A stretch of 64,000 bases of DNA from Candidatus Kaiserbacteria bacterium RIFCSPHIGHO2_01_FULL_53_29 (GTDB lineage Bacteria; Patescibacteriota; Minisyncoccia; Phycocordibacterales; UBA2100). Below, one piece after another: positions 1 to 6,717 of this stretch (position 1 is its first letter; every line of letters begins with the position of its first letter). The position numbers and the translations under genes are program-made. The stretch lies in assembly GCA_001781125.1 (NCBI GenBank), contig MFKT01000009.1:10712-74711 (forward strand), read 5' to 3'. The notes under the pieces were generated by a model. That model saw nothing but the letters and a program-made list of their open reading frames with translations. It did no database searches and was not told the origin of the DNA.

Positions 1-443
1 AAGTCGACGAATTTGTGGTCCACAATGTCCACCGCTTTGCGGTCAACGGCAGACTGCACCACCAAGTCTGAAATGGCTTTTATAGGGAGTGTTAATCCTT
101 CCACCTGTGCGATACCAACCACCTCGACACCGAGCACTTTATGCTTGGGTGGGCGCTCGAGATAGAAAGAAACGGCCCGTAGATATTCCTGCTCCATAGA
201 ATCGCGCTTTTTCCTTTTGGCGAGCCGCGACTTCGCTTTACCGAAATTGATCTCAAAATCCCCGACAGAGCGCATATGCTCGAGGCCGAGCTCGATCGCT
301 CCATCTTTCGCGATACCGCCGTAAAAGTGCTGCAAGGCGACATGCGCAGCCCTGCCCACGACCGCTGAAGGATTGGTGGGCGTATCGTAGACTTTCTCGA
401 CATATCGCTTGTACCACGCAAGCGGATTGCGCAAAAATGACAT
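1..443 (-). CDS. PD-(D/E)XK nuclease family protein (Cas4/RecB-like fold), C-terminus beyond window edge
   Basis: Manual minus-strand translation from ATG at 443: MSFLRNPLAWYKRYVEKVYDTPTNPSAVVGRAAHVALQHFYGG...IVDHKFVD. N-terminal pattern and the D..DxK region are typical of the PD-(D/E)XK superfamily. No stop before position 1, so the six-frame track omits it. Confidence 0.5.
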   Translation of the reverse strand, partial: MSFLRNPLAWYKRYVEKVYDTPTNPSAVVGRAAHVALQHFYGGIAKDGAIELGLEHMRSVGDFEINFGKAKSRLAKRKKRDSMEQEYLRAVSFYLERPPKHKVLGVEVVGIAQVEGLTLPIKAISDLVVQSAVDRKAVDIVDHKFVD

Positions 444-567
444 GAGCGATGAGTGGCTCCAATACGCAATAGGAACTCGTCTATCTGCCTTTCTCCGGCT
501 TTTGTGACCTTTTTTAGGGGAACCGGAAGACTCGGAATTTACCTTCATACGGGGATTTTATCACCAT

Positions 568-596
568 TTGACACATATGCATAGAGGTGGTATAAT
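568..596 (+). promoter_or_regulatory. sigma70-type promoter: TTGACA (568-573), 17-nt spacer, TATAAT (591-596)
   Basis: Perfect consensus hexamers with 17-nt spacing, about 60 nt upstream of the 657/663 start. GGAGGG Shine-Dalgarno at 650-655. Confidence 0.5.
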
Positions 597-656
597 AAAA
601 GCTGTTCATAGCGGAATCACCTCTTCAACATCAACCTCGAACCTTGCCTGGAGGGC

Positions 657-1208
657 ATGACAATGATGCGACTCGTAACGCTACGCACTCTTTGCTACGT
701 CTTCGCTATCGCAACCCTCGGTGTCTTCTGGTACTGGGTCAACACCCAGCTCGTTAATGACCTGCTCAATGGCGCCGAAAGCTCTGCCAAGGTACTCGCC
801 AAGTTCGTCGCGCGCCAGTTCGGCATCGGCCAGTACAAGACCGAGGCTATCGTGGTCGGGAAGATGCATATCGACCGTACGCTCCTGATCGCATCGCTTA
901 TGCTCGCATGGGCCATGGCGATCGAGTTCATCTTCCGGGAATTCTTCGGCAGGAACACGTGGAGGACGGTATTGGCAATCGTCGTCGTCCACAGCGCCCT
1001 TATCGCCATCTGGTTGCAGTGGACCCCGCAGACCGAAGCGTGGTACGCGGTGCACGCCGATTTGCTGAAGGCAACGTTCAGGTACTTCCGCTGGGACAAA
1101 GCGGAAACTCTGTTCCTGAACCTGCTCAAGATCCAGAGCATCCTCGTACTGGGAGAGGCCTTCTTGGTCTATTTCCTGCTCACCTCGAGGATAGGTCGGC
1201 GGCGGTAG
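657..1208 (+). CDS. hypothetical polytopic membrane protein (183 aa; start may be ATG 663)
   Basis: Several hydrophobic helices. GC-rich third codon positions. Preceded by a consensus promoter and an SD. The overlapping antisense ORF 681..1520 is judged spurious. Confidence 0.5.
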   Translation: MTMMRLVTLRTLCYVFAIATLGVFWYWVNTQLVNDLLNGAESSAKVLAKFVARQFGIGQYKTEAIVVGKMHIDRTLLIASLMLAWAMAIEFIFREFFGRNTWRTVLAIVVVHSALIAIWLQWTPQTEAWYAVHADLLKATFRYFRWDKAETLFLNLLKIQSILVLGEAFLVYFLLTSRIGRRR

Positions 1209-1290
1209 TACCGGCGCCGACAAAAAAGACGAACTCCGCTCGCTCTTTTCTTCAAGACTTCGACCGTGCCCCCGCGCACGGTCGATTTTT

Positions 1291-1319
1291 TTTGGACAAA
1301 CCCGAGGAGAAAATATACG
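1291..1319 (+). promoter_or_regulatory. island promoter-like repeat copy 1 (TTGGAC ... TATACG)
   Basis: tttggacaaacccgaggagaaaatatacg. Shares the TTTGGACAAAC core with 7 other copies in 1.2-4.7 kb. Confidence 0.4.
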
Positions 1320-1553
1320 ATGCTCTCCATGCACATCAAGGTCCGTGTGAAGACTGGCGCCAAGAACGAGAGCGTGCGAAAAGCCTCTGATATTCATTTT
1401 GAGATCTCTGTGCGCGAAAAGCCCGAAAATAACCTCGCCAATCGTCGAGTCATCGCCCTCGTCGCTATGCACCTCGGCGTTCCCGCTGTGAAAGTTCGTA
1501 TCATCAAGGGCCACCATCAACCCTCTAAAATGCTTTCTGTTGGTTTACAGTGA
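1320..1553 (+). CDS. DUF167/YggU family protein (start 1320 or 1329)
   Basis: MLSMHIKVRVKTGAKNESVRKASDIHFEISVREKPENNLANRRVIALVAMHLGVPAVKVRIIKGH matches the YggU/DUF167 pattern (KP.A......G.....L.V.v...P..G.AN..l...la..l....v.i..G). Confidence 0.6.
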   Translation: MLSMHIKVRVKTGAKNESVRKASDIHFEISVREKPENNLANRRVIALVAMHLGVPAVKVRIIKGHHQPSKMLSVGLQ

Positions 1554-1565
1554 TTGGGGAAATCG

Positions 1566-1597
1566 TTATATGCTTATTCGCGCGAATTAGAACATAG
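1566..1597. repeat. 32-bp direct repeat copy A with palindrome ATTCGCGCGAAT, downstream flank of arsR
   Basis: ttatatgcttattcgcgcgaattagaacatag. 30/32 identical to the copy at 1861..1892. Confidence 0.7.
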
Positions 1598-1853
1598 CGC
1601 TTACTGCCTTGAGGATCGCGGGAGAATCTGGCGCAATGCGGTAAAACATATTCAAGCTGCGCTGTTCTTTCTCTACAAATCCGGCTCGCTCGAGCATCGT
1701 CAGGTGTTTTGAGGTAGATGTAAAAGACAGGCGTATTACCTCGGAAATCTCGCTAACGTTTGCTTCTTTCCTTTTCCCCAATACGTTCAAGATCGCAAGT
1801 CGCCGACGATTTGCCAAAGCTTTCAGAAGCCGTTCCCCTTCCGCCTCTTTCAT
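1587..1853 (-). CDS. ArsR/SmtB family transcriptional regulator
   Basis: 88 aa. HTH region LANRRRLAILNVLGKRKEANVSEISEVIRLSFTSTSKHLTMLERAGFV is typical of ArsR. Confidence 0.8.
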   Translation of the reverse strand: MKEAEGERLLKALANRRRLAILNVLGKRKEANVSEISEVIRLSFTSTSKHLTMLERAGFVEKEQRSLNMFYRIAPDSPAILKAVSAMF

Positions 1854-1860
1854 GCATGCA

Positions 1861-1892
1861 TTATATGCTTATTCGCGCGAATAAGAATATAG
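1861..1892. promoter_or_regulatory. 32-bp repeat copy B: perfect 18-bp palindrome CTTATTCGCGCGAATAAG plus TATAAT adjacent to arsR start; probable autoregulatory operator/promoter
   Basis: ttatatgcttattcgcgcgaataagaatatag. On the minus strand this reads ...aagcaTATAATgcATG, leading into the arsR start at 1853. Confidence 0.55.
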
Positions 1893-1904
1893 ATGTGGGG
1901 ATGA

Positions 1905-1934
1905 TTTTGGATAAACGCGATATGGGGGTATAAT
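1905..1934 (+). promoter_or_regulatory. island promoter-like repeat variant (TTGGAT, 16 nt, TATAAT), 6 nt upstream of ATG 1941
   Basis: ttttggataaacgcgatatgggggtataat, then cgaccc ATG. This is leaderless geometry. Confidence 0.4.
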
Positions 1935-1940
1935 CGACCC

Positions 1941-2060
1941 ATGGCAAAAAGAGCAAGTACGGATATTAAAAACAAGAAGTCGCGTTCCAAAAAAACAAAG
2001 AAACGCCTTGAGGCCAAGCGGGTAATGCTCGCCGCCCGCGCCCAAAAAAAGCGCAGATAA
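1941..2060 (+). CDS. tiny very basic protein (39 aa), unknown
   Basis: MAKRASTDIKNKKSRSKKTKKRLEAKRVMLAARAQKKRR. Promoter-like element directly upstream. Too short for the ORF track. Confidence 0.3.
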   Translation: MAKRASTDIKNKKSRSKKTKKRLEAKRVMLAARAQKKRR

Positions 2061-2076
2061 GATAGGTTCGTCTGGC

Positions 2077-2110
2077 TTTGGACAAACCCGAGGCGGGGGT
2101 ATAGGATTCT
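2077..2110 (+). promoter_or_regulatory. island promoter-like repeat copy 2 (TTGGAC 2078-2083, 16 nt, TATAGG 2100-2105)
   Basis: tttggacaaacccgaggcgggggtataggattc. Confidence 0.45.
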
Positions 2111-2157
2111 CGCGGACTGGCATGGGGCGGACCCAAAGCCAGCGAAAGGAGCACATC

Positions 2158-2514
2158 GTGAGAAAACTCAAACCCCTTGATACGAGCACGACCATCGAGC
2201 TTGCCCGTGCTGCGCTTGCCGCGTATTTCGACGATCATTGGCCCGAGGCCAAACCGACGAGGTGCAACCCAGGCGTCGCGATGAATCACCGGGTATTCCT
2301 GGACACACGGGTCATGGAGGTGGCCCGGGCAGCGGACATCCGTCATGCGCTCGAGGTGAAAATCCCCGAGTATCTCAAGCACCAACGCTACGGCGACGCG
2401 CGGGACGCCCTCCAGAGGACGATCGGCGGTATCCGCATTGCCGGATTCATCGCCGAATTCAACATGGACCAGCTTCTGATCAAAGCGGTCGGAGAAGAAA
2501 AGAAGGTGGCCTAG
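2158..2514 (+). CDS. hypothetical protein (119 aa from GTG 2158; ORF opens at 2122)
   Basis: AAGGAG SD lies 6 nt before GTG 2158. GC3-rich. No recognisable domain. Confidence 0.4.
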   Translation: MRKLKPLDTSTTIELARAALAAYFDDHWPEAKPTRCNPGVAMNHRVFLDTRVMEVARAADIRHALEVKIPEYLKHQRYGDARDALQRTIGGIRIAGFIAEFNMDQLLIKAVGEEKKVA

Positions 2515-2569
2515 TCCGATTCACCAAAAAACACTGAAAGAGCCCGAGCCTAGGAGGACTCGGAGCAAA

Positions 2570-2606
2570 CAAGGCGGCCGGCCCTTTCCGGCCGCTCGTC
2601 TTTTTT
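2570..2606 (+). terminator. Rho-independent terminator (GGCGGCCGG / CCGGCCGC stem plus T6)
   Basis: aaggcggccggccctttccggccgctcgtctttttt, directly after the 2514 stop and before promoter repeat copy 3. Confidence 0.6.
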
Positions 2607-2640
2607 GGACAAACCCGAGGCGGGGGTATAGCATTCGAGG
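2603..2640 (+). promoter_or_regulatory. island promoter-like repeat copy 3 (TTGGAC 2605-2610, 16 nt, TATAGC 2627-2632), 8 nt before ATG 2641
   Basis: ttttggacaaacccgaggcgggggtatagcattcgagg ATG. Confidence 0.45.
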
Positions 2641-2943
2641 ATGATAGAGACGCTGCGGGAAAATCCGAAGGAAGTATTTAAGAAGGGTGATCTCGTAAAA
2701 TTCAAGGAAGGCATCGATCTCACGGCGTTCGGGAGCGAGTTTCAAGCAGCAACCGCATATCGAGTCCTGCATTTTGAACATCACGACGACGAAGGTGGGG
2801 ATGCTGTATGGATCGGTCCGAATGACATGTCTCCACAGGATGTGGAGGACTTTCAACCAGAACTCGCAGTAGAACTACGACAAGAGAAATACAAAAGGGT
2901 CTTCCCTGTCGCAACTGCGCATTTAAGAAAGGTATTGAACTGA
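2641..2943 (+). CDS. hypothetical small protein (100 aa) with KKGDLVKFKEG motif
   Basis: Leaderless-type geometry. Shares a GDLVKxK motif with ORF 3918..4208. Confidence 0.4.
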   Translation: MIETLRENPKEVFKKGDLVKFKEGIDLTAFGSEFQAATAYRVLHFEHHDDEGGDAVWIGPNDMSPQDVEDFQPELAVELRQEKYKRVFPVATAHLRKVLN

Positions 2944-2980
2944 TTTGGACAAACCTGCGGCGGGGGTATAGGATTCCGAC
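2943..2980 (+). promoter_or_regulatory. island promoter-like repeat copy 4 (TTGGAC 2945-2950, TATAGG 2967-2972)
   Basis: atttggacaaacctgcggcgggggtataggattc. Confidence 0.45.
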
Positions 2981-3020
2981 GGTCTTGTTCTGACCAAGGA
3001 TCTAAAGCAGGAGGAAAGCC

Positions 3021-3530
3021 ATGCGATTGCTTCGCAGTGCTGTGGCTTTCTGCCGCAGTGTTCTTAACTACATCGAGATCGTCTTCAACTGGAAATTGGC
3101 CTTCCAGTCAGCAATCGTCAACGGCCCGTTCGTTCTCTTGATCAACTTGGGCCACGGATGGGTCGCACTATCTGCAGGAGGCGGCCAAGCAATTCTGTCC
3201 GGTATCTTTACCGGGCTTACATCGCGTGTGGCGCAGCACTTTGCAGAAAGAATAAGAACGCCTGTGCTGGCGTATTTCTGCGGGAGTGGGGTTCCAATGC
3301 TAATGATGTTGGGCTTGAGCGCCGGCATGCATTGGTACATCATCAAGACCCCAGAGCTCCTCGCAAGTTGCGCACTGCCGACCTTCTTCACTGGCTGCTC
3401 GACTCTGTTCCTCACATTCGTGACCCGCAACCTCGCATCGTGGCCAAACTCGCTACGGTGGCAACGGTTCACGAAATGGTTCATCAAATACGCCTTGGTG
3501 AATCGCCGCGACGAGGGGAGAGACAACTAA
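3021..3530 (+). CDS. hypothetical membrane protein (169 aa)
   Basis: AGGAGG SD at 3009-3014. Multiple hydrophobic segments. Confidence 0.5.
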   Translation: MRLLRSAVAFCRSVLNYIEIVFNWKLAFQSAIVNGPFVLLINLGHGWVALSAGGGQAILSGIFTGLTSRVAQHFAERIRTPVLAYFCGSGVPMLMMLGLSAGMHWYIIKTPELLASCALPTFFTGCSTLFLTFVTRNLASWPNSLRWQRFTKWFIKYALVNRRDEGRDN

Positions 3531-3567
3531 TACGACCGGGCCTACCCTTCGCGGAGCCCAGCCGTTC

Positions 3568-3599
3568 GATTTGGACAAATTGGCTTATACGAGTAGCAT
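3568..3599 (+). promoter_or_regulatory. island promoter-like repeat copy 5 (TTGGAC 3571-3576, 17 nt, TAGCAT 3594-3599), with extended upstream homology to copy 6
   Basis: cttcgcggagcccagccgttcgatttggacaaa...tagcat. Compare copy 6: cttcaggagcccggtcgttcgatttggacaaa...tagcat. Confidence 0.4.
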
Positions 3600-3632
3600 G
3601 GCCGGCAGCTTGCATCGTTTTGGAGAAAACGA

Positions 3633-3834
3633 CATGAAAGTGCTGTGGTTCTTACGGGTCGCAGTCGCGGTCGTCTTCATCGTCTTGGCGGTGAACTCGG
3701 CCTACTTCGCGATCAACTTTGTGATCCTCGCGCCCCTGCCGGCACAGAAGGTCGTCGGCGGCATCTTCTTCGGTGTCTTAGCCCTATGTCTCCTCGCCGC
3801 TGTCATTGAAGTGACGCCGAAGGACGATCCATGA
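3633..3834 (+). CDS. small membrane protein (67 aa; alternative start ATG 3598)
   Basis: GGAG 8 nt before ATG 3633. MKVLWFLRVAVAVVFIVLAV...: two transmembrane helices. Confidence 0.4.
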
Positions 3835-3867
3835 ACACGGCCGGACTCTTCAGGAGCCCGGTCGTTC

Positions 3868-3900
3868 GATTTGGACAAAGCGGGGCGGAGAGGTAGCATT
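3868..3900 (+). promoter_or_regulatory. island promoter-like repeat copy 6 (TTGGAC 3871-3876, TAGCAT 3894-3899)
   Basis: cgatttggacaaagcggggcggagaggtagcatt. Confidence 0.4.
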
Positions 3901-3917
3901 GAAGGTATCCTTCTTCT

Positions 3918-4208
3918 ATGACCGAGAAAATGTCACAGGGTTCGATACCGATGGATCGCAGAGGACAATACGTTATGGGCAGCGGTGATCTAGTGAAGGT
4001 TAAGAGCGAAGAAAAAAGGACATACCGTATAGCAATGATACTTCCACAACCGGATAGGAGTATCAAAATGGTGATCGGTCCTCCCACATTAACGCCGCGA
4101 GATATTGACCTCTTTAAATTGGACTACCCTGCGAGTATACAAGATCCCAGATACAAGGATTGTTTTGAGATCGATGCCTCTCATGTAGATAAAATCCTGG
4201 ATTCTTAA
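3918..4208 (+). CDS. hypothetical small protein (96 aa) with SGDLVKVKSEE motif
   Basis: Possible paralog of ORF 2641..2943. Confidence 0.35.
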   Translation: MTEKMSQGSIPMDRRGQYVMGSGDLVKVKSEEKRTYRIAMILPQPDRSIKMVIGPPTLTPRDIDLFKLDYPASIQDPRYKDCFEIDASHVDKILDS

Positions 4209-4210
4209 GC

Positions 4211-4663
4211 GTGCCCTATGGTATGAGGATCCGTTTCATCCACATTCCCCTTCTGCTTCTTTTCATCGCAGCGCTGCACTTTGCCGCGCTTTATTCGGGT
4301 CTCTATGACATGCAGATAGCCGCGGGTTTTGTGTGGTGGGACAACGTTCTCCATGCGCTTGTGGGAGTAGCGTTCGGACTCGGGTGGCTGTGGCTGCTGG
4401 AGAGACTGGGATACGGCACCCGATCGCTAGCTGCAATCATCTCAACGTTCGTATTCGTCCTTTTGATGGCAATAGTGTGGGAAGGAGCCGAATATCTCGC
4501 GCGTCTTTATGTGAGAAGTCTTGCCGAAGGTTTGAAACTCTATTCACCCAATCTCACAGAATCCGGTTCGGACGTCCTCTCCAATATGGTCGGCGTGATT
4601 GCCTTGCTCGCAATCTTCAAGTTCAAAAGGCCCGATTTGGACAAACTCGAGGCGGGGGTATAG
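4211..4663 (+). CDS. hypothetical membrane protein (150 aa; start GTG 4211 or ATG 4223)
   Basis: Four hydrophobic helices. The stop lies inside promoter repeat copy 7. Confidence 0.45.
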   Translation: MPYGMRIRFIHIPLLLLFIAALHFAALYSGLYDMQIAAGFVWWDNVLHALVGVAFGLGWLWLLERLGYGTRSLAAIISTFVFVLLMAIVWEGAEYLARLYVRSLAEGLKLYSPNLTESGSDVLSNMVGVIALLAIFKFKRPDLDKLEAGV

Positions 4664-4670
4664 CATTCGT
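4634..4670 (+). promoter_or_regulatory. island promoter-like repeat copy 7 (TTGGAC 4637-4642, 16 nt, TATAGC 4659-4664)
   Basis: gatttggacaaactcgaggcgggggtatagcattcg. Confidence 0.45.
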
Positions 4671-4698
4671 TTGAATTCTTAGTTAGTTACAAATTTTT

Positions 4699-5244
4699 AT
4701 GCAAAGTGACGAAGAATCAGAACATCAGATTGAAGATTTGGAACAGTTCGACTATTTTAACGCGGCAGAAACGAGAGAGGTTGCAAAGAAGTATGCCCGC
4801 TTTATTGGCATTTTCTTAATAAACTTTTCGGAACTTGAGCACATACTAAATCTGGCCATCGCCGAAATCTTAGGCAATGGAAGAAGTCACGATATCGGAT
4901 ATGTCGTTATTGAACGTCTTTCAACGCAAAACAAAATAGAGCTATTTCATAAAACCTATTCGAGACTGGCTGGTTCATTACAAAAGTCAAAAAATAAAGT
5001 AGATGCTGTTGCGAAAAAATTAAAAGAATTAAATAAATTCAGAAATTCCTTGGTGCATGCAAACTGGCTATCCGTCGACACAAGTGGGTTTGTCAGAACT
5101 AAACTAATAGTCGGTTCTGATGATGGATATGTGAGATTTCGAAAGACCAAAATTACGCCATCAATGATCGCGCGAGAAACCAAAGCGATTCGATCTCTTA
5201 TCCTCGAAATACCCGACTTGTATGAGAAATTCCTTGAGTCTTGA
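4699..5244 (+). CDS. HEPN-like protein (Rx4H motif KFRNSLVHANW), in an AT-rich patch
   Basis: 181 aa. Local composition is clearly lower in GC than the flanks. The motif R-N-x3-H sits in an alpha-helical context, as in HEPN/Abi-type nucleases. Confidence 0.45.
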   Translation: MQSDEESEHQIEDLEQFDYFNAAETREVAKKYARFIGIFLINFSELEHILNLAIAEILGNGRSHDIGYVVIERLSTQNKIELFHKTYSRLAGSLQKSKNKVDAVAKKLKELNKFRNSLVHANWLSVDTSGFVRTKLIVGSDDGYVRFRKTKITPSMIARETKAIRSLILEIPDLYEKFLES

Positions 5245-5261
5245 TCTTGTGGCTTAGTAGC

Positions 5262-6545
5262 TTAGTAGCTTCGCAGCTGCTTCGCGCGTTCGTGGAAGCG
5301 GATGCGCTCGAGGGCTTTGGCTTCGATTTGGCGGATGCGTTCACGGGTAACGCCGAATTCACGCCCCACCTCCTCCAGTGTGAAGCAAATCCCCTCCTCG
5401 GTGAGACCGTTGCGCATTTCCAATATCTTGCGCTCCTTGGGCGAAAGCTCGTCGAGAATTTCCGTCATCTGCTCATTCAGGATTCTGCGTGAAGCATCCA
5501 TATCGGGACTGGCGATTGTGTCGTCGGCGATGAAGCTGCCCAAGGTCGAGCGCTCGTCGTCATCCTCGCCGACCGGTGACTCCAGCGAGACGGTGTCCTG
5601 ATTGATCTTCTGGATGGTGTAGATCTTCTCTATCTCGATGCCCATCTCCGCGGCAATCTCTTCGGGCAAGGGATCACGGCCGAGGTGCTGGTTGAGCTCG
5701 CGCACTTTTTGCTTGTACTTCGCGATCGTTTCCACCATGTGGACAGGAATGCGGATGGTGCGCGACTGGTCGGCCAGAGCGCGGGTGATGGCCTGGCGGA
5801 TCCACCACGTCGCATAGGTAGAGAACTTGTAGCCCTTCGTGTGGTCGAATTTGTCGACGGCTTTGAAAAGGCCGAGGTTGCCTTCCTGAATGAGGTCGAG
5901 AAGTGTGAGATCAGGGCTACGATTGACGTACTTTTTTGCGATAGAGACGACCAAGCGGAGGTTGGAACGCGCAAGGATGCTGCGAGCCTCTTCGTCGCCT
6001 GTGAGAATACGCTTCGCCAGGTCTTTTTCCTGCTGACCGTTCAAGAGCGGATATTGGCCTATCTCGCGCAGATACATCTGCACCGAATCATAGCCCGCGT
6101 CAGCCCGGCGATTCTGGAGTTTCTTGCTCGCCAAAACGGAATCTGCTGAAGTATCTTCGAGCATACCACCGCCTTCCAAGACATCGATGCCTGCCGTCCC
6201 GAAGAGGTCATACATTCTCTCGAGCAGGACGACGTTGTCCTCGATCGTCGGGAACTCGCGCAAGATCTCATCGTAAGTGATATAGCCGCGCTCTTTGCCC
6301 AGAGTGATGAGCGCATCCACTTTTCCCTGCCGCTTGCCGAGCGATGCATTTCCCCTGGAAGCAGAAACGATCTTCCTACTCCTTCGGACCGGTCTCGCAG
6401 ATTTTCTCTTAGCGTGCGGTCGCTTCTTGCCGGCTGATCGACGTTTGGCAGGACGAACAGCACGCTTCATGGGCCTGCGCATTTTCTTCGTCACTTTCTT
6501 CTTCTTATGTTTCTTCTTTTTCATATCCACAAAACTTTCGCGCAC
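5262..6545 (-). CDS. rpoD: RNA polymerase sigma factor RpoD (sigma-70)
   Basis: Regions 2-4 are conserved ([40 protein letters not shown], ...[15 protein letters not shown]). Basic K-rich N-terminus. Confidence 0.92.
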   Translation of the reverse strand: MRESFVDMKKKKHKKKKVTKKMRRPMKRAVRPAKRRSAGKKRPHAKRKSARPVRRSRKIVSASRGNASLGKRQGKVDALITLGKERGYITYDEILREFPTIEDNVVLLERMYDLFGTAGIDVLEGGGMLEDTSADSVLASKKLQNRRADAGYDSVQMYLREIGQYPLLNGQQEKDLAKRILTGDEEARSILARSNLRLVVSIAKKYVNRSPDLTLLDLIQEGNLGLFKAVDKFDHTKGYKFSTYATWWIRQAITRALADQSRTIRIPVHMVETIAKYKQKVRELNQHLGRDPLPEEIAAEMGIEIEKIYTIQKINQDTVSLESPVGEDDDERSTLGSFIADDTIASPDMDASRRILNEQMTEILDELSPKERKILEMRNGLTEEGICFTLEEVGREFGVTRERIRQIEAKALERIRFHERAKQLRSY

Positions 6546-6615
6546 AAACCCCTCCTCTTCATGAGGACAGCGGGAATGTGTAGTGTCTTACCGTTTGAGA
6601 GCCTAAACCTTTCTT

Positions 6616-6656
6616 ATCCTCCGAAGGAGGATCCTCCTCTGGAGGACAAAAAACAC
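6616..6656 (-). promoter_or_regulatory. tandem hairpin leader motif (TCCTCC-N3-GGAGGA, twice) between dnaG and rpoD; a related copy sits upstream of rpoB
   Basis: atcctccgaaggaggatcctcctctggaggacaaaaaac. Compare 17211-17255: ctccgccagaggcggatcctcctccggaggaaaaag. Confidence 0.4.
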
Positions 6657-6690
6657 CCCAAAAAGACGGATTGAGACACAAGCGCGTAAC

Positions 6691-6717
6691 TCTATACTCT
6701 TTCGTGTATTTGTCCAA
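6691..6717 (-). promoter_or_regulatory. candidate rpoD promoter inside the dnaG 3' end (TTGGACAAAT, 15-16 nt, TATAGA)
   Basis: Minus strand reads TTGGACAAATACACGAAAGAGTATAGAG. The -35 is the same TTGGACAAA type as the island repeats. Confidence 0.3.

Noticed and set aside
681-1520. 279-aa minus-strand ORF overlapping the 657-1208 membrane-protein gene
   Set aside because: Asp/Glu/Arg-rich, low-complexity translation typical of an antisense shadow in GC-rich DNA. The plus-strand ORF has coherent transmembrane helices, promoter and SD.
1260-4670. Integron-like cassette array (attC sites) interpretation of the island repeats
   Set aside because: The elements lack attC structure (no RYYYAAC...GTTRRRY cores, no imperfect inverted repeats) and have -35/-10 spacing. 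They are better explained as promoters.
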